Assembly: GCF_040218225.1 (NCBI RefSeq)
Contig: NZ_JAVJQO010000003.1
Span: forward strand, 163,326 to 227,325
Direction: 5' to 3'
Length of the DNA stretch: 64,000 nt
Source of the DNA: Gracilimonas sp.
GTDB taxonomy: Bacteria; Bacteroidota; Rhodothermia; Balneolales; Balneolaceae
Made by a program: the position numbers and the translations under genes. Below the pieces are notes generated by a model that saw only the letters and a list, made by a program, of their open reading frames with translations, ran no database searches and was not told where the DNA came from. This document shows, one piece after another, positions 26,435 through 35,707 of the stretch; position 1 is the stretch's first letter; each line of letters starts with the position of its first letter.

Positions 26435-27415
26435 TTAGTCTTTCAGATCTGGCTTGATGGTAATTTGTGGTTTTTTCAAGTGCTGAATCACCTGTTCGGT
26501 GGTAGAACCCAAAAGCATACGGGAGAGTCCGGTTCGTCCGTGAGTACTCATTACCACCAAGTCAGCATGTTCGTTTGAATAATCGATGATCTCATGGTGG
26601 GCAGCAATCGACTTCAGAATAACCGTCTTGCAAGCAATCCGGCTCTCTTCTCCATTTTCATGATGTACCAGAACATCTTCGAATTCTCCGTCAGCATCTT
26701 CAACAGAAAAATTATATTCCTCAAAATCATCAAAAAAGCTTTTTAGACGCCCTTTAAGACCTCCATAAACAGCTTCCTCATCTACTCCTATTGTTGTAGG
26801 CTCAATCCCATGCACATCATGAGCATACATTTCGATTACATTGAGCAGCTCAAGTTTGGCTCCGAATTTCTGTGCTATATCAAAAGCCATTGGAATGGCA
26901 GCCAGCGAATGGTTAGAAAAGTCGCATGGAACCACAACGGTGTTTATATGGTCGGATACCATTTTCTCTGAAAGGGTAAGCACCGGTGTTTTCGAGCGCC
27001 GAATTACTTTATCGGTTGCACTTCCATGAAAAAAATCAGCAAAATGATCGCCCTTTGCACTCATTATCACCAAATCATACTTCCCTTTTCCTATTTGATT
27101 AAGAATTGAATCGGAAGGTTTACGGTCTATCGTAACTATGTATTCCCCGCGCCGGTCTTTCTTTTTAATGTGCTCGTTAGCAAAGGTGCTGAGCTCTTTT
27201 CGCTGGTTTTCAATCAACTTAGGATATACTTCCTTATCCATACTCAGCGGGACTCCGATTTTATCAAAGCTATCACCCAAGTACTTCGATAAAGGAATAA
27301 CATGCATCAGGTCAACCGTACAATCAAATTTATCTATAAAGAGATCGGCTGACTTAAGTGCCGCATTAGATTTTTGGGAAAGATCGGTGGGAATTAATAC
27401 TCGCTCGACATTCAT
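26435..27415 (-). CDS. tandem-domain universal stress protein (paralog of the neighbouring gene)
   Basis: 326 aa with the same two-domain layout (MSAKGDH.. / MSTHGRTGLSRMLLGSTT). It is collinear with 25292-26254. Confidence 0.85.
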   Translation of the reverse strand: MNVERVLIPTDLSQKSNAALKSADLFIDKFDCTVDLMHVIPLSKYLGDSFDKIGVPLSMDKEVYPKLIENQRKELSTFANEHIKKKDRRGEYIVTIDRKPSDSILNQIGKGKYDLVIMSAKGDHFADFFHGSATDKVIRRSKTPVLTLSEKMVSDHINTVVVPCDFSNHSLAAIPMAFDIAQKFGAKLELLNVIEMYAHDVHGIEPTTIGVDEEAVYGGLKGRLKSFFDDFEEYNFSVEDADGEFEDVLVHHENGEESRIACKTVILKSIAAHHEIIDYSNEHADLVVMSTHGRTGLSRMLLGSTTEQVIQHLKKPQITIKPDLKD

Positions 27416-27485
27416 AGCTACTCCGGTTTTGTTGAATAACTAACTCTAATAATAAAATAAGTTAGCGACCGGTAATGTTCCATTT

Positions 27486-28637
27486 TTATTTTTTTCGCAG
27501 CCGGTCTAATCCACCCACTAAAATGATCCCTATAAAGATCCCGATGACACCACCCCACACATTTGGGTCGTCTCCCGATTTCGCTCCCAGCCAGCCTGGT
27601 ATGAATGGTTCTGACTTGATGAGTTTATTCTTCACGGTTTCTATTTCCACCTGTTTCATTTCGTCAAAGGTCGATTCCGCATTTTTAATTTCGCCAATCC
27701 TCTCATATTCCGGAAGATTAGTATTGGGTGGATTTTCCATCAGCTCTTGTACCTTGGGGTGATTCATATACTCCACCTGAGTTACCTCTGCATGCTGAAC
27801 AAACTCCCTGTGCTGATACGGCCAGATCACATAAAGCGAACCAATCAAAAAGCCTATTAACACAGCTATGGTTTGTGAGTGATACTTTGAAAGAAACCAG
27901 GAGAGAAAACGGGAAAAAGCCGCAAGTCCGACAATAGCTCCCAATATGAAAGGTAACAGTCCAAGCATACCATCCACGGTTTCGACACCACCCAGCTTCC
28001 CAATTTCAGAGAGCAAGTAGTCATACTTCCTCATGATGAGCAGCAGGTATGAACCTGAAATACCCGGTAAAATCATGGCACAAATGGCGATACTTCCACT
28101 AAGGAATACAAAAGCCGGGTGCTCGGGGGTATCAGCAGGAACAAGGGATACAATCCAGACTCCAAATGCGATACCTAACACCAGCATCAGCAGTTCAGTT
28201 TTAGTGAAGCGTTCAAGTGCTTTAATCAGGATATAGATGGAACCCACAATCAACCCAAAAAAGAGTCCATATACGATTTCCGGATGGGTGAACATATAAA
28301 CCTGAAGAGGCACGACTTTGGTAAAAAAAGCCAGGGCAGAAAAAATCCCTGAAAAGAGAAAAATCAGGAAAAAGAAGTGTATTTCTTTGAAGGCTGATTT
28401 CCACTTTAACGTGAAAAATAGCTTTAAAAAATTACCATTTACGCTTTTAATGGCATTCAGCAATCGCTCGTAGATACCAACTATCAGAGCCATGGTGCCA
28501 CCACTCACGCCAGGTACAATATCAGCCGAACCCATCAAAAAGCCCTTTAAGGCTAAAAACGGGGCTTCTTTAAAAGTAGTAGTGTCTTTGGGGGAGGTTG
28601 AAGTTTGCTCTTGATCAGTCACTATGAGCCACCCCAC
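27486..28637 (-). CDS. DUF368-family membrane protein (PopT-like candidate undecaprenyl-phosphate translocase family)
   Basis: 383 aa, polytopic. It has the duplicated motifs PGVSGGTMALI and PGISGSYLLL that characterise DUF368. Its start overlaps the pcm stop by 16 nt. Confidence 0.8.
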   Translation of the reverse strand: MGWLIVTDQEQTSTSPKDTTTFKEAPFLALKGFLMGSADIVPGVSGGTMALIVGIYERLLNAIKSVNGNFLKLFFTLKWKSAFKEIHFFFLIFLFSGIFSALAFFTKVVPLQVYMFTHPEIVYGLFFGLIVGSIYILIKALERFTKTELLMLVLGIAFGVWIVSLVPADTPEHPAFVFLSGSIAICAMILPGISGSYLLLIMRKYDYLLSEIGKLGGVETVDGMLGLLPFILGAIVGLAAFSRFLSWFLSKYHSQTIAVLIGFLIGSLYVIWPYQHREFVQHAEVTQVEYMNHPKVQELMENPPNTNLPEYERIGEIKNAESTFDEMKQVEIETVKNKLIKSEPFIPGWLGAKSGDDPNVWGGVIGIFIGIILVGGLDRLRKK

Positions 28638-29275
28638 CCTTTTTCGCCGATGAGAGGGACGAATTTAAAATCTGCCAGTTCTTCTCGTTCATATTCATTT
28701 TCAGAAACCCTGGTAATTCGTAACATCATTTGTTTGGTGTCGTCTCCAACAGGAATCACCAGCCGGCCACCAATGGCTAATTGTTGCACTAAATCATCTG
28801 GCACTACGGGTGCGCCTGCTGTTACTACAATCCCGTCATAAGGAGCATAGGTTGACCATCCCAAAGTTCCATCACCTACCTTCAGCATGGCTTTATATCC
28901 CATTTCATGAAGGGCTTCTTTGGCCCGGTGATATAATTCCTTATGCCTTTCCACACTGTAAACGTCAGCTCCGAGTTCACACAATACCATGCATTGATAT
29001 CCTGATCCCGTGCCGATTTCTAATATCTTCTCTCCTTTTTCGATATTCAAAAGTTCGGTTTGAGCCGCTACGGTGAAAGGCTGAGAGATAGTTTGCCCCA
29101 TTCCAATAGGAAGTGCCGTATCGTTATAAGCTTTGGTGTGAAGTGCCGTATCGATCAGTTTATGGCGCGGGATCTTCCCGATAGCCATTAATACACGCTC
29201 ATCTTCGATACCTTTTTTGCGCAGTGTTTCTACCAACTGCTTTCTCGGCCTGACAAATCTGCGATCTTCCTGCAA
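28622..29275 (-). CDS. pcm: protein-L-isoaspartate O-methyltransferase
   Basis: 217 aa. It contains GQTISQPFTVA, the SAM motif ILEIGTGSGYQ, and GGRLVIPVG. Confidence 0.9.
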   Translation of the reverse strand: MQEDRRFVRPRKQLVETLRKKGIEDERVLMAIGKIPRHKLIDTALHTKAYNDTALPIGMGQTISQPFTVAAQTELLNIEKGEKILEIGTGSGYQCMVLCELGADVYSVERHKELYHRAKEALHEMGYKAMLKVGDGTLGWSTYAPYDGIVVTAGAPVVPDDLVQQLAIGGRLVIPVGDDTKQMMLRITRVSENEYEREELADFKFVPLIGEKGWGGS

Positions 29276-29418
29276 ACCAATTTCCCTTTTTGTTCCCTGT
29301 TTTGTCTATAATCAAGTATAGGCATTTGGTGTAAAAAATGAGTTAATAAATTAGCTTTTAGTTTCACTTTCTCATTTGCGCTCTTATTTTCTGCTGAACT
29401 TTTTCTTAACCTGATTTA

Positions 29419-30252
29419 ATGATTATCGCATTACTGCAAAATCTTACGTGGGGCATCGACCCTGAAATTTTTTCATTAGGGCCCATCGCTCCCCGCTGGT
29501 ATGGACTACTGTTTGCCGGAGCCTTTGTATCCGGTTATTTCTTTGGGGTGAAAATGTGGAAAGATGGCGGTCGTAAGGTAGAGGAGATGGAAAGCATCCT
29601 AACCTGGATTTTAGTCGGAACCGTGATTGGAGCCCGTCTTGGTCATGTCATTTTCTATGACCCCTCCTATTACCTGCGGAATTTAGATCAGGTACTTGCA
29701 ATATGGAACGGCGGATTGGCAAGTCACGGAGCGGCTATAGGTATTATCGTAGCGATGTATTATCAGGCTAAAAAAGCACCGAAAATGAGTTTTTGGTGGC
29801 TGGCCGACCGTGTTGTAATTCCGACTGCCGTAGGCGGTGCTTTTATAAGAACGGGTAATTTTTTCAATTCTGAGATTTTCGGACACGCTACCGACGCTCC
29901 ATGGGGAGTCATCTTTACCAACCTGCCCGGACCGGCAGGTACGATTCCCCGCCACCCAACCATGTTATACGAAGCAATTCTGTGCTTATTGGTTTTTGCT
30001 GTACTCTGGTATATCTACAAAAAATACAAAGCGCACCCACCGGAAGGTTCTTTGTTTGGGATGTTTCTGATTCTATTATTCTCAGGCCGGTTCTTCCTCG
30101 AATACACCAAAATTCCGCAGGCCAATTTTGCCAGCGACTGGGTTTTCAATATGGGGCAGCTTTTAAGCATTCCCCTCGTATTGATTGGCTTATACATCGT
30201 GGTTAAAAGAGTGGACTGGAGCAGTTACTCGAAATCTCCGGCTAATTCGTAA
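29419..30252 (+). CDS. lgt: prolipoprotein diacylglyceryl transferase
   Basis: 277 aa. It contains RWYGLLFA, GARLGHV, GGLASHGAAIG, RTGNFFNSEIFG and HPTMLYEA. Confidence 0.9.
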   Translation: MIIALLQNLTWGIDPEIFSLGPIAPRWYGLLFAGAFVSGYFFGVKMWKDGGRKVEEMESILTWILVGTVIGARLGHVIFYDPSYYLRNLDQVLAIWNGGLASHGAAIGIIVAMYYQAKKAPKMSFWWLADRVVIPTAVGGAFIRTGNFFNSEIFGHATDAPWGVIFTNLPGPAGTIPRHPTMLYEAILCLLVFAVLWYIYKKYKAHPPEGSLFGMFLILLFSGRFFLEYTKIPQANFASDWVFNMGQLLSIPLVLIGLYIVVKRVDWSSYSKSPANS

Positions 30253-30463
30253 ATTCATTCTGAGAAATTACCCTCAATTGATGAAGTTTTTGGCACAACT
30301 TATTCGAATCTGTAAGTCAGGCAGATAAAGTTAGACCTGTAGAATGGAAGTCCCGTTCATTCTCAATATTATCTTTATTTTGACTGTTTTTAAACTATCC
30401 ATTATCAGGTGCAACCTTAGGGAATCAACCACCTGATTTCTATCTTTGGTTTCAATTCAGACT

Positions 30464-30595
30464 ATGGAAATACTCTCACTCCCTATTACAAAGGTTTTTT
30501 TGTATGCCCTGATTACGGCGGTTACTACCGGTCTGGGAGCGTTAGCTTTCTTTTTTAGTAAGGATATTATTCAAATTATTTGGTTCTCAGTATGA
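30464..30595 (+). CDS. 43-aa single-TM micro-ORF resembling the N-terminus of a ZIP-family metal transporter (possible gene remnant or small partner of the ATPase)
   Basis: My own translation is MEILSLPITKVFLYALITAVTTGLGALAFFFSKDIIQIIWFSV*. Its TGA (30593-30595) overlaps the ATG (30592-30594) of the ATPase as ATGA. It falls below the length cut-off of the ORF track. Confidence 0.3.
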   Translation: MEILSLPITKVFLYALITAVTTGLGALAFFFSKDIIQIIWFSV

Positions 30596-32502
30596 CTTAT
30601 CAATGGATGCCTAATAGTTTAAAAAAAATGCCAAGAGAACACCGGGTTGAAGTTATTCTAACCTTAGTTTGTACTTTGAGTCTTGGCATTGGTTTCTTTG
30701 GATCTTTGTTTAAGTTGATCTCCTATGATACGGCACGCCTTTTTTATATAGTCTCCTATTTATCTGGTGGGTATTTTGGGTTGGTTGAAAGCGTACAGTT
30801 TTTAATAAAAAGAAAATTCAATGTAGACCTTCTCATGATATTAGCTGCAGCTGGAGCAGCTATAATCGATTACTGGTTAGAGGGTGCTATTCTGCTTTTC
30901 TTGTTTTCGCTTAGCAATACATTGCAACACTTTGCCATGGAAAGAAGTCGAAATGCCATAAGCGCTTTAATGAAGCTAAGACCATCGGAGGCGTTAGTTA
31001 GAAGCCCAGATGGTACAGAGCAAAAAGTAGCTGTCGAAAAATTAAAACTCGGAGATATTATTGTAGTAAAACCCGGGGAACGCATCCCTATTGATGGAAT
31101 TATAAAATCCGGAAAAGGAACGGTGGATCAATCGGCTATCACTGGAGAAAGTGCTCCTGTATTTAAAGAAAATGGAGCGGAGGTTTTTGCTGCAACATTT
31201 AATGAGAACGGTATTTTAGAAATTAAGGTAACGCGTACCGCTGATGATACAACACTCGCCAAGATCATTAAAATGGTTGAGCAGGCTCAAAGCAAAAAAG
31301 CAGAAACACAGAGGTTCCTCGATAAATTTGAATCTAACTATGCCGTAAGTGTCATTCTTTCTACTATCGCGCTTATTCTCGTTCCTTTTTATGTACTTGA
31401 TCAACCTTTTGATTCCGTTTTTTACAGAGCCATGACCATTCTGGTGGTTGCCTCGCCCTGTGCTTTGATCATTTCTACCCCAGCCAGCATTCTATCTGCC
31501 ATAGCTAATGCTGCTCGTTCTGGTATTCTATTCAAAGGAGGGGCATACCTGGAACAAGCCGCGTCTATTCAAGCCATTGCATTTGATAAAACCGGAACTC
31601 TAACAAAAGGCAAACCATCTGTTACCGAGATCATTCCTATTACAGGATCTGAAAACGAACTACTTAGTCTTGCTGCATCAGCAGAGGAACATTCGGAACA
31701 TCATCTTGCTGATGCCATTGTTAAAGAGGCCCAAAAAAGAGGGATCAACCTTTTAAGAGCTGAAAATGTTCAGGCTATTATCGGAAAAGGAATTTCTGCA
31801 ACGTTGAATGGAGATGTTATCAAAGTTGGAAACCGATATTTATTTGGAGATATCCTTACAAATCAGCCAAAAGAATTCGAAAGTAATTTAGTGACGATTA
31901 AGGATCAGGGAAAAACTATTATCTACGTGGCAAGAAATAATTCGATAATTGGGGCTATCGCTTTAGCTGATGAAATTCGGGAACAGGCTAAAGCGACTCT
32001 GCTTGAACTCGAAAACTTGGGTATACATGATGTAACAATACTCACGGGAGACTCACTTAATGTAGCTCAAAATGTCGCTGAACAACTTAACATCTCAAAC
32101 TTTCATGCCGGGCTTCTTCCAGATCAAAAAGTTGAGCTAATTCAAAAGCTATCTCAGAATAAAATTGTTGCCATGGTAGGAGACGGTGTTAATGACGCCC
32201 CGGCACTAGCTGCAAGTCATTTGGGTATAGCCATGGGGGCTGCCGGAACCGATGTAGCTTTGGAAACAGCCGATGTAGTATTGATGTCAGACGACCTGAC
32301 CAAATTGCCCTACATGATCCGACTAGCGCGCCGTGCCAAAACGGTGGTTTGGCAAAACATCATCTTTAGTTTAGTCATAATTGCTATGCTGGTAAGCTCC
32401 GTTTTTCTTTTCAAATTGCCTATGACGCTTGGAGTGATAGGGCATGAAGGCAGTACTCTCTTAGTAGTATTGAATGGTCTGAGACTACTTAAGAATTCAT
32501 AA
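30592..32502 (+). CDS. heavy-metal P-type ATPase, P1B-4-like (SPC / HEGST signature), no N-terminal metal-binding domain
   Basis: It contains DKTGTLT, GDGVNDAPALA, TGES, the TM motif VVASPCALIIS and the late TM motif HEGSTLLVVLNGLRLL. The ORF track starts it at TTG 30580; I prefer ATG 30592. Confidence 0.9.
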   Translation: MTYQWMPNSLKKMPREHRVEVILTLVCTLSLGIGFFGSLFKLISYDTARLFYIVSYLSGGYFGLVESVQFLIKRKFNVDLLMILAAAGAAIIDYWLEGAILLFLFSLSNTLQHFAMERSRNAISALMKLRPSEALVRSPDGTEQKVAVEKLKLGDIIVVKPGERIPIDGIIKSGKGTVDQSAITGESAPVFKENGAEVFAATFNENGILEIKVTRTADDTTLAKIIKMVEQAQSKKAETQRFLDKFESNYAVSVILSTIALILVPFYVLDQPFDSVFYRAMTILVVASPCALIISTPASILSAIANAARSGILFKGGAYLEQAASIQAIAFDKTGTLTKGKPSVTEIIPITGSENELLSLAASAEEHSEHHLADAIVKEAQKRGINLLRAENVQAIIGKGISATLNGDVIKVGNRYLFGDILTNQPKEFESNLVTIKDQGKTIIYVARNNSIIGAIALADEIREQAKATLLELENLGIHDVTILTGDSLNVAQNVAEQLNISNFHAGLLPDQKVELIQKLSQNKIVAMVGDGVNDAPALAASHLGIAMGAAGTDVALETADVVLMSDDLTKLPYMIRLARRAKTVVWQNIIFSLVIIAMLVSSVFLFKLPMTLGVIGHEGSTLLVVLNGLRLLKNS

Positions 32503-32738
32503 ATTTCTATCAAATTATTTTTGCCTTTTCTTAACTGGAAATCGTACTCACCTGAAATATGAGATCTTCAGACACATTGCACACTATAGATAGTACGCTT
32601 TTCAAATTCTGATCGGACATGAATTTTTTCTGTTAACTTCAGCTTCATCTCAATATAAAGCTGTTCTCACGGTAAAAGTCTTTAATAAATCTTACCGTTT
32701 CGTTTACATTCTTTTTTAAGATTTTTTCAAAGCCTGGT

Positions 32739-34055
32739 TTGTTCGTTTCGTATTTTTTAATAAATAAACATCCAAGGTTTTTCTTTAGGACATTGAATTT
32801 TAGGCACCTGCTTTTAGCATTCTTTTTATTGGTACCCATACTCTCATTTTCTCAGACTGATTCTGAACCCCAAGCAGACAAACAGACTTTAAATGTATTT
32901 TTGGACTGCCGTGGATGTAACAGTAGTTTTGTCCGCTCAGAAATAAATTTTATCACTTTTGTACGGGATCAATCTGATGCAGAAGTGCACCTGTTGGTTA
33001 CCCTGCAACAAACAGGAAGCGGTGGATGGGAGCATACCCTGAATTTCATGGGACAGGGTTTTATAAAAAATAAATCTCAAATTCTAACCTTTGTAAGCCC
33101 AAAATCTGATACCAACGATGAAATGCGTCGAAGGCTGGTCAAACACGTGAAGCTGGGGCTTATTTATTTTCTGGCTGACAGGGAAGTCTTATCAGACTTA
33201 AACGTTAATTTTTCAGGTTCGTTAAGTCAGGATCCGGTAGTACATGAGAACGATCCCTGGAATAGCTGGATATTCCGGGTTAGAGCCAGCACCGACTTTG
33301 ATGGTGAACAGTCGCAGGGTAATTTATGGTTTGGTGGCGATGTGGATGCCCGCCGAATCACCGACAAGTGGAAAATAAATTTCAACTATAATCAAAATTA
33401 CAGGCGGCGAAGTTTTACTTCAGAAGATAGTACAGGTAAAGAAACTACCGATATTTACATCACAGAAAACCAGCGGTTCTTTGGTTTGCAGGCCTTCAGC
33501 TTGAACGATCACTGGACCGTTGGAGCCTATCAGCGTGCCCGGTCTTCTACTCAGAATAATATAGACTTAAGCATTGGAGCCACGCCCTCTATTGAGTACA
33601 GCCTGTTTCCGTACAGCGAACATAATCGCCGCGAGGTAACCTTTCGTTATGGTATTCTTGGATCATTTTATGATTACACCGAGACTACAATTTATAACAA
33701 AGACGAAGAGTTTTTGTGGAGACAGGAATTGACAATTCGTACGGATTTCACCCAACCCTGGGGCGGCATATACGGCTGGCTGGATGCAGGAAATTACCTG
33801 CATGACTTTAGCAAGAATCGCGTAAATATGGGTTTTCGTGTGAATATGAGAATTGTTCGGGGGCTTTCAATCTTTTTCTCTGCCCGGTATTCGCTAATTA
33901 ATGACCAAATTAGTTTACCTGCCGGAGACTTAACCGAAGAAGAACGCCTGCTTAATTTATCCCAACAAGCCACCTCTTATGAATATGGCGGCTCATTCGG
34001 ATTTGAATTCAACTTTGGTTCTGTCTACAACAACGTGATTAACCCGCGTTTTTAG
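32739..34055 (+). CDS. predicted outer-membrane beta-barrel protein with N-terminal soluble domain, uncharacterised family
   Basis: 438 aa with no in-frame ATG near the 5' end; TTG at 32739 or 32793 could start it. It has a signal peptide (LLLAFFLLVPILSFSQ), alternating-hydrophobicity strands and a C-terminal NPRF. Confidence 0.55.
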   Translation: MFVSYFLINKHPRFFFRTLNFRHLLLAFFLLVPILSFSQTDSEPQADKQTLNVFLDCRGCNSSFVRSEINFITFVRDQSDAEVHLLVTLQQTGSGGWEHTLNFMGQGFIKNKSQILTFVSPKSDTNDEMRRRLVKHVKLGLIYFLADREVLSDLNVNFSGSLSQDPVVHENDPWNSWIFRVRASTDFDGEQSQGNLWFGGDVDARRITDKWKINFNYNQNYRRRSFTSEDSTGKETTDIYITENQRFFGLQAFSLNDHWTVGAYQRARSSTQNNIDLSIGATPSIEYSLFPYSEHNRREVTFRYGILGSFYDYTETTIYNKDEEFLWRQELTIRTDFTQPWGGIYGWLDAGNYLHDFSKNRVNMGFRVNMRIVRGLSIFFSARYSLINDQISLPAGDLTEEERLLNLSQQATSYEYGGSFGFEFNFGSVYNNVINPRF

Positions 34056-34947
34056 AACCATTGCCACTATTTACCATGGAGGCACTTAGTTTTTCTCCGC
34101 CTCTTATCCCAAAATCCAGCGTTCTGATCGGGAATGGAATCATAATATCGTTCTCATCAAAAGCTTTTTTAAGAGCCATAATTGCTTCACTTTGAGCTCC
34201 CCAGTATTGAGGCAACTTTTCGAAGGGAATCCAAAAACGAAGGGTGAAATTGATGGAACTGTCTCCAAACTCATTGTAATAAAGCTCTACATCTCTGGAA
34301 GTATCCCTTTGATCCAGTTTTTCTACAGCCTCTAATGCTACTTTTTTAGCTTTTCCCAAATCATCACCATAGGATACGCCACAAGCCAGATCGATCCTTC
34401 TCTCCCCATTTTTAGTGTAGTTGGTGAATGGATTCTCATAAACCACTTTGTTGGGAACATAGATAATTTGTCCCTGTGGAGTACGGATTACAGTATTTCT
34501 GAGATTTAACTTCTGTACGGTTCCAAACAGGTCGTTTGTCTCAATAATATCTCCAATCCCAAAAGGATGGCGAACCGATAATAAAACACCGGATATAAAG
34601 TTTGAGGCAATATCCTGAAAAGCAAAACCTAAGGCCAGGCCAATAATACCTGCACCAGCAAGTAAACTGGTGACCATTCCATCAAGATTGAGGATACTTA
34701 GTGCAAAGAACACCCCGATACCAATTACCAAGACACCCAGAACTGTTTGGGCTAAATTTGTAACCGTTTTATTGGTTGTGACTTTAGAAAGGATCTTTCC
34801 AACAAATTTCCTGATCCCTTTGGCAATGGCATAAAACACGATAACCACCAGCAGTGCCACCGCCAGATTGGGAAGCATTTCGATGGTGGTAGTCAGCCAT
34901 TCTTCCAGTTTTCCTGTTACCAGTTCGTAGATATTTCCAATTTCCAT
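34039..34947 (-). CDS. MscS-family mechanosensitive channel
   Basis: 302 aa with three N-terminal TM helices. The conserved pore/beta-domain block GLALGFAFQDIASNFISG...HPFGIGDIIE...G-V----LR-T-IRT is present. Confidence 0.85.
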   Translation of the reverse strand: MEIGNIYELVTGKLEEWLTTTIEMLPNLAVALLVVIVFYAIAKGIRKFVGKILSKVTTNKTVTNLAQTVLGVLVIGIGVFFALSILNLDGMVTSLLAGAGIIGLALGFAFQDIASNFISGVLLSVRHPFGIGDIIETNDLFGTVQKLNLRNTVIRTPQGQIIYVPNKVVYENPFTNYTKNGERRIDLACGVSYGDDLGKAKKVALEAVEKLDQRDTSRDVELYYNEFGDSSINFTLRFWIPFEKLPQYWGAQSEAIMALKKAFDENDIMIPFPIRTLDFGIRGGEKLSASMVNSGNGSKNAG

Positions 34948-35060
34948 AAGTTATAAGTTGTTTTCTGTTATGAGCTTATGATAATATCAAGGAGATTGCG
35001 TAAGATATTGTTCCATTCAGGTCGTCATTAAAGAAATATTAATCAAATGGTCTATTCCTC

Positions 35061-35696
35061 ATGAATCACTGTCTTAAATCTATCTTTATACTTTTAAGTA
35101 TTTCTGTTTTATCATCCCCATTTATACAGGCGCAGAATTATGCTGAAAGTGCTGATAAAGTTACACCGCTTTTAATCAGCTCAGAAATACCGGATGTATC
35201 ACTCAAAAACATTGATGGTGAAACTGTCAGCCTCCGCAGCAGAGTGTACGAACAGCCGACCATATTGGTTTTTTATCGTGGTGGATGGTGCCCGTACTGT
35301 AACCGGCACCTTGCTGAATTGAAAAAAATTGAAGAAGAACTCTATGAAATCGGATACCAGATTCTGGCTATTAGTCCCGATCGCCCCGAAAAACTGAAAG
35401 CAACATTAAATGAAAATGAACTAGGATATACTCTGTTGTCAGATAGTCCTATGGAAGTAACGAAAGCATTTGGATTAGCCTTTAAAGTAGACCCGAAGAC
35501 GGTTGAAAGATATATATCATTGGGTATTGACCTTGAAGCAGATTCAGGGTATGATCATCACCTGCTTCCGGCCCCGGCTGTTTATATTGTGAATACAGAA
35601 GGAATCGTCCGGTTCAATTATGTGAATCCAAACTACAGAGAACGTATTAATGGTGATGTTCTACTCTCAGCAGCCAAAGCCTATTACAAAGAATAA
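35061..35696 (+). CDS. secreted peroxiredoxin-like / AhpC-TSA (thioredoxin-fold) protein
   Basis: 211 aa with a signal peptide and the motif ILVFYRGGWCPYCNRHL. Confidence 0.8.
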   Translation: MNHCLKSIFILLSISVLSSPFIQAQNYAESADKVTPLLISSEIPDVSLKNIDGETVSLRSRVYEQPTILVFYRGGWCPYCNRHLAELKKIEEELYEIGYQILAISPDRPEKLKATLNENELGYTLLSDSPMEVTKAFGLAFKVDPKTVERYISLGIDLEADSGYDHHLLPAPAVYIVNTEGIVRFNYVNPNYRERINGDVLLSAAKAYYKE

Positions 35697-35707
35697 GCGA
35701 ATGGTGA

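Noticed and set aside
30253-30463. NiCo/czcD-type metal riboswitch upstream of the P-type ATPase
   Set aside because: I cannot recognise the conserved core of any metal riboswitch by eye. Only a generic hairpin is visible. An Rfam scan is needed.
30580-30591. TTG start for the ATPase as given in the ORF track
   Set aside because: An ATG four codons downstream (30592) forms an ATGA overlap with the upstream micro-ORF and is the more plausible start. The difference does not affect function.
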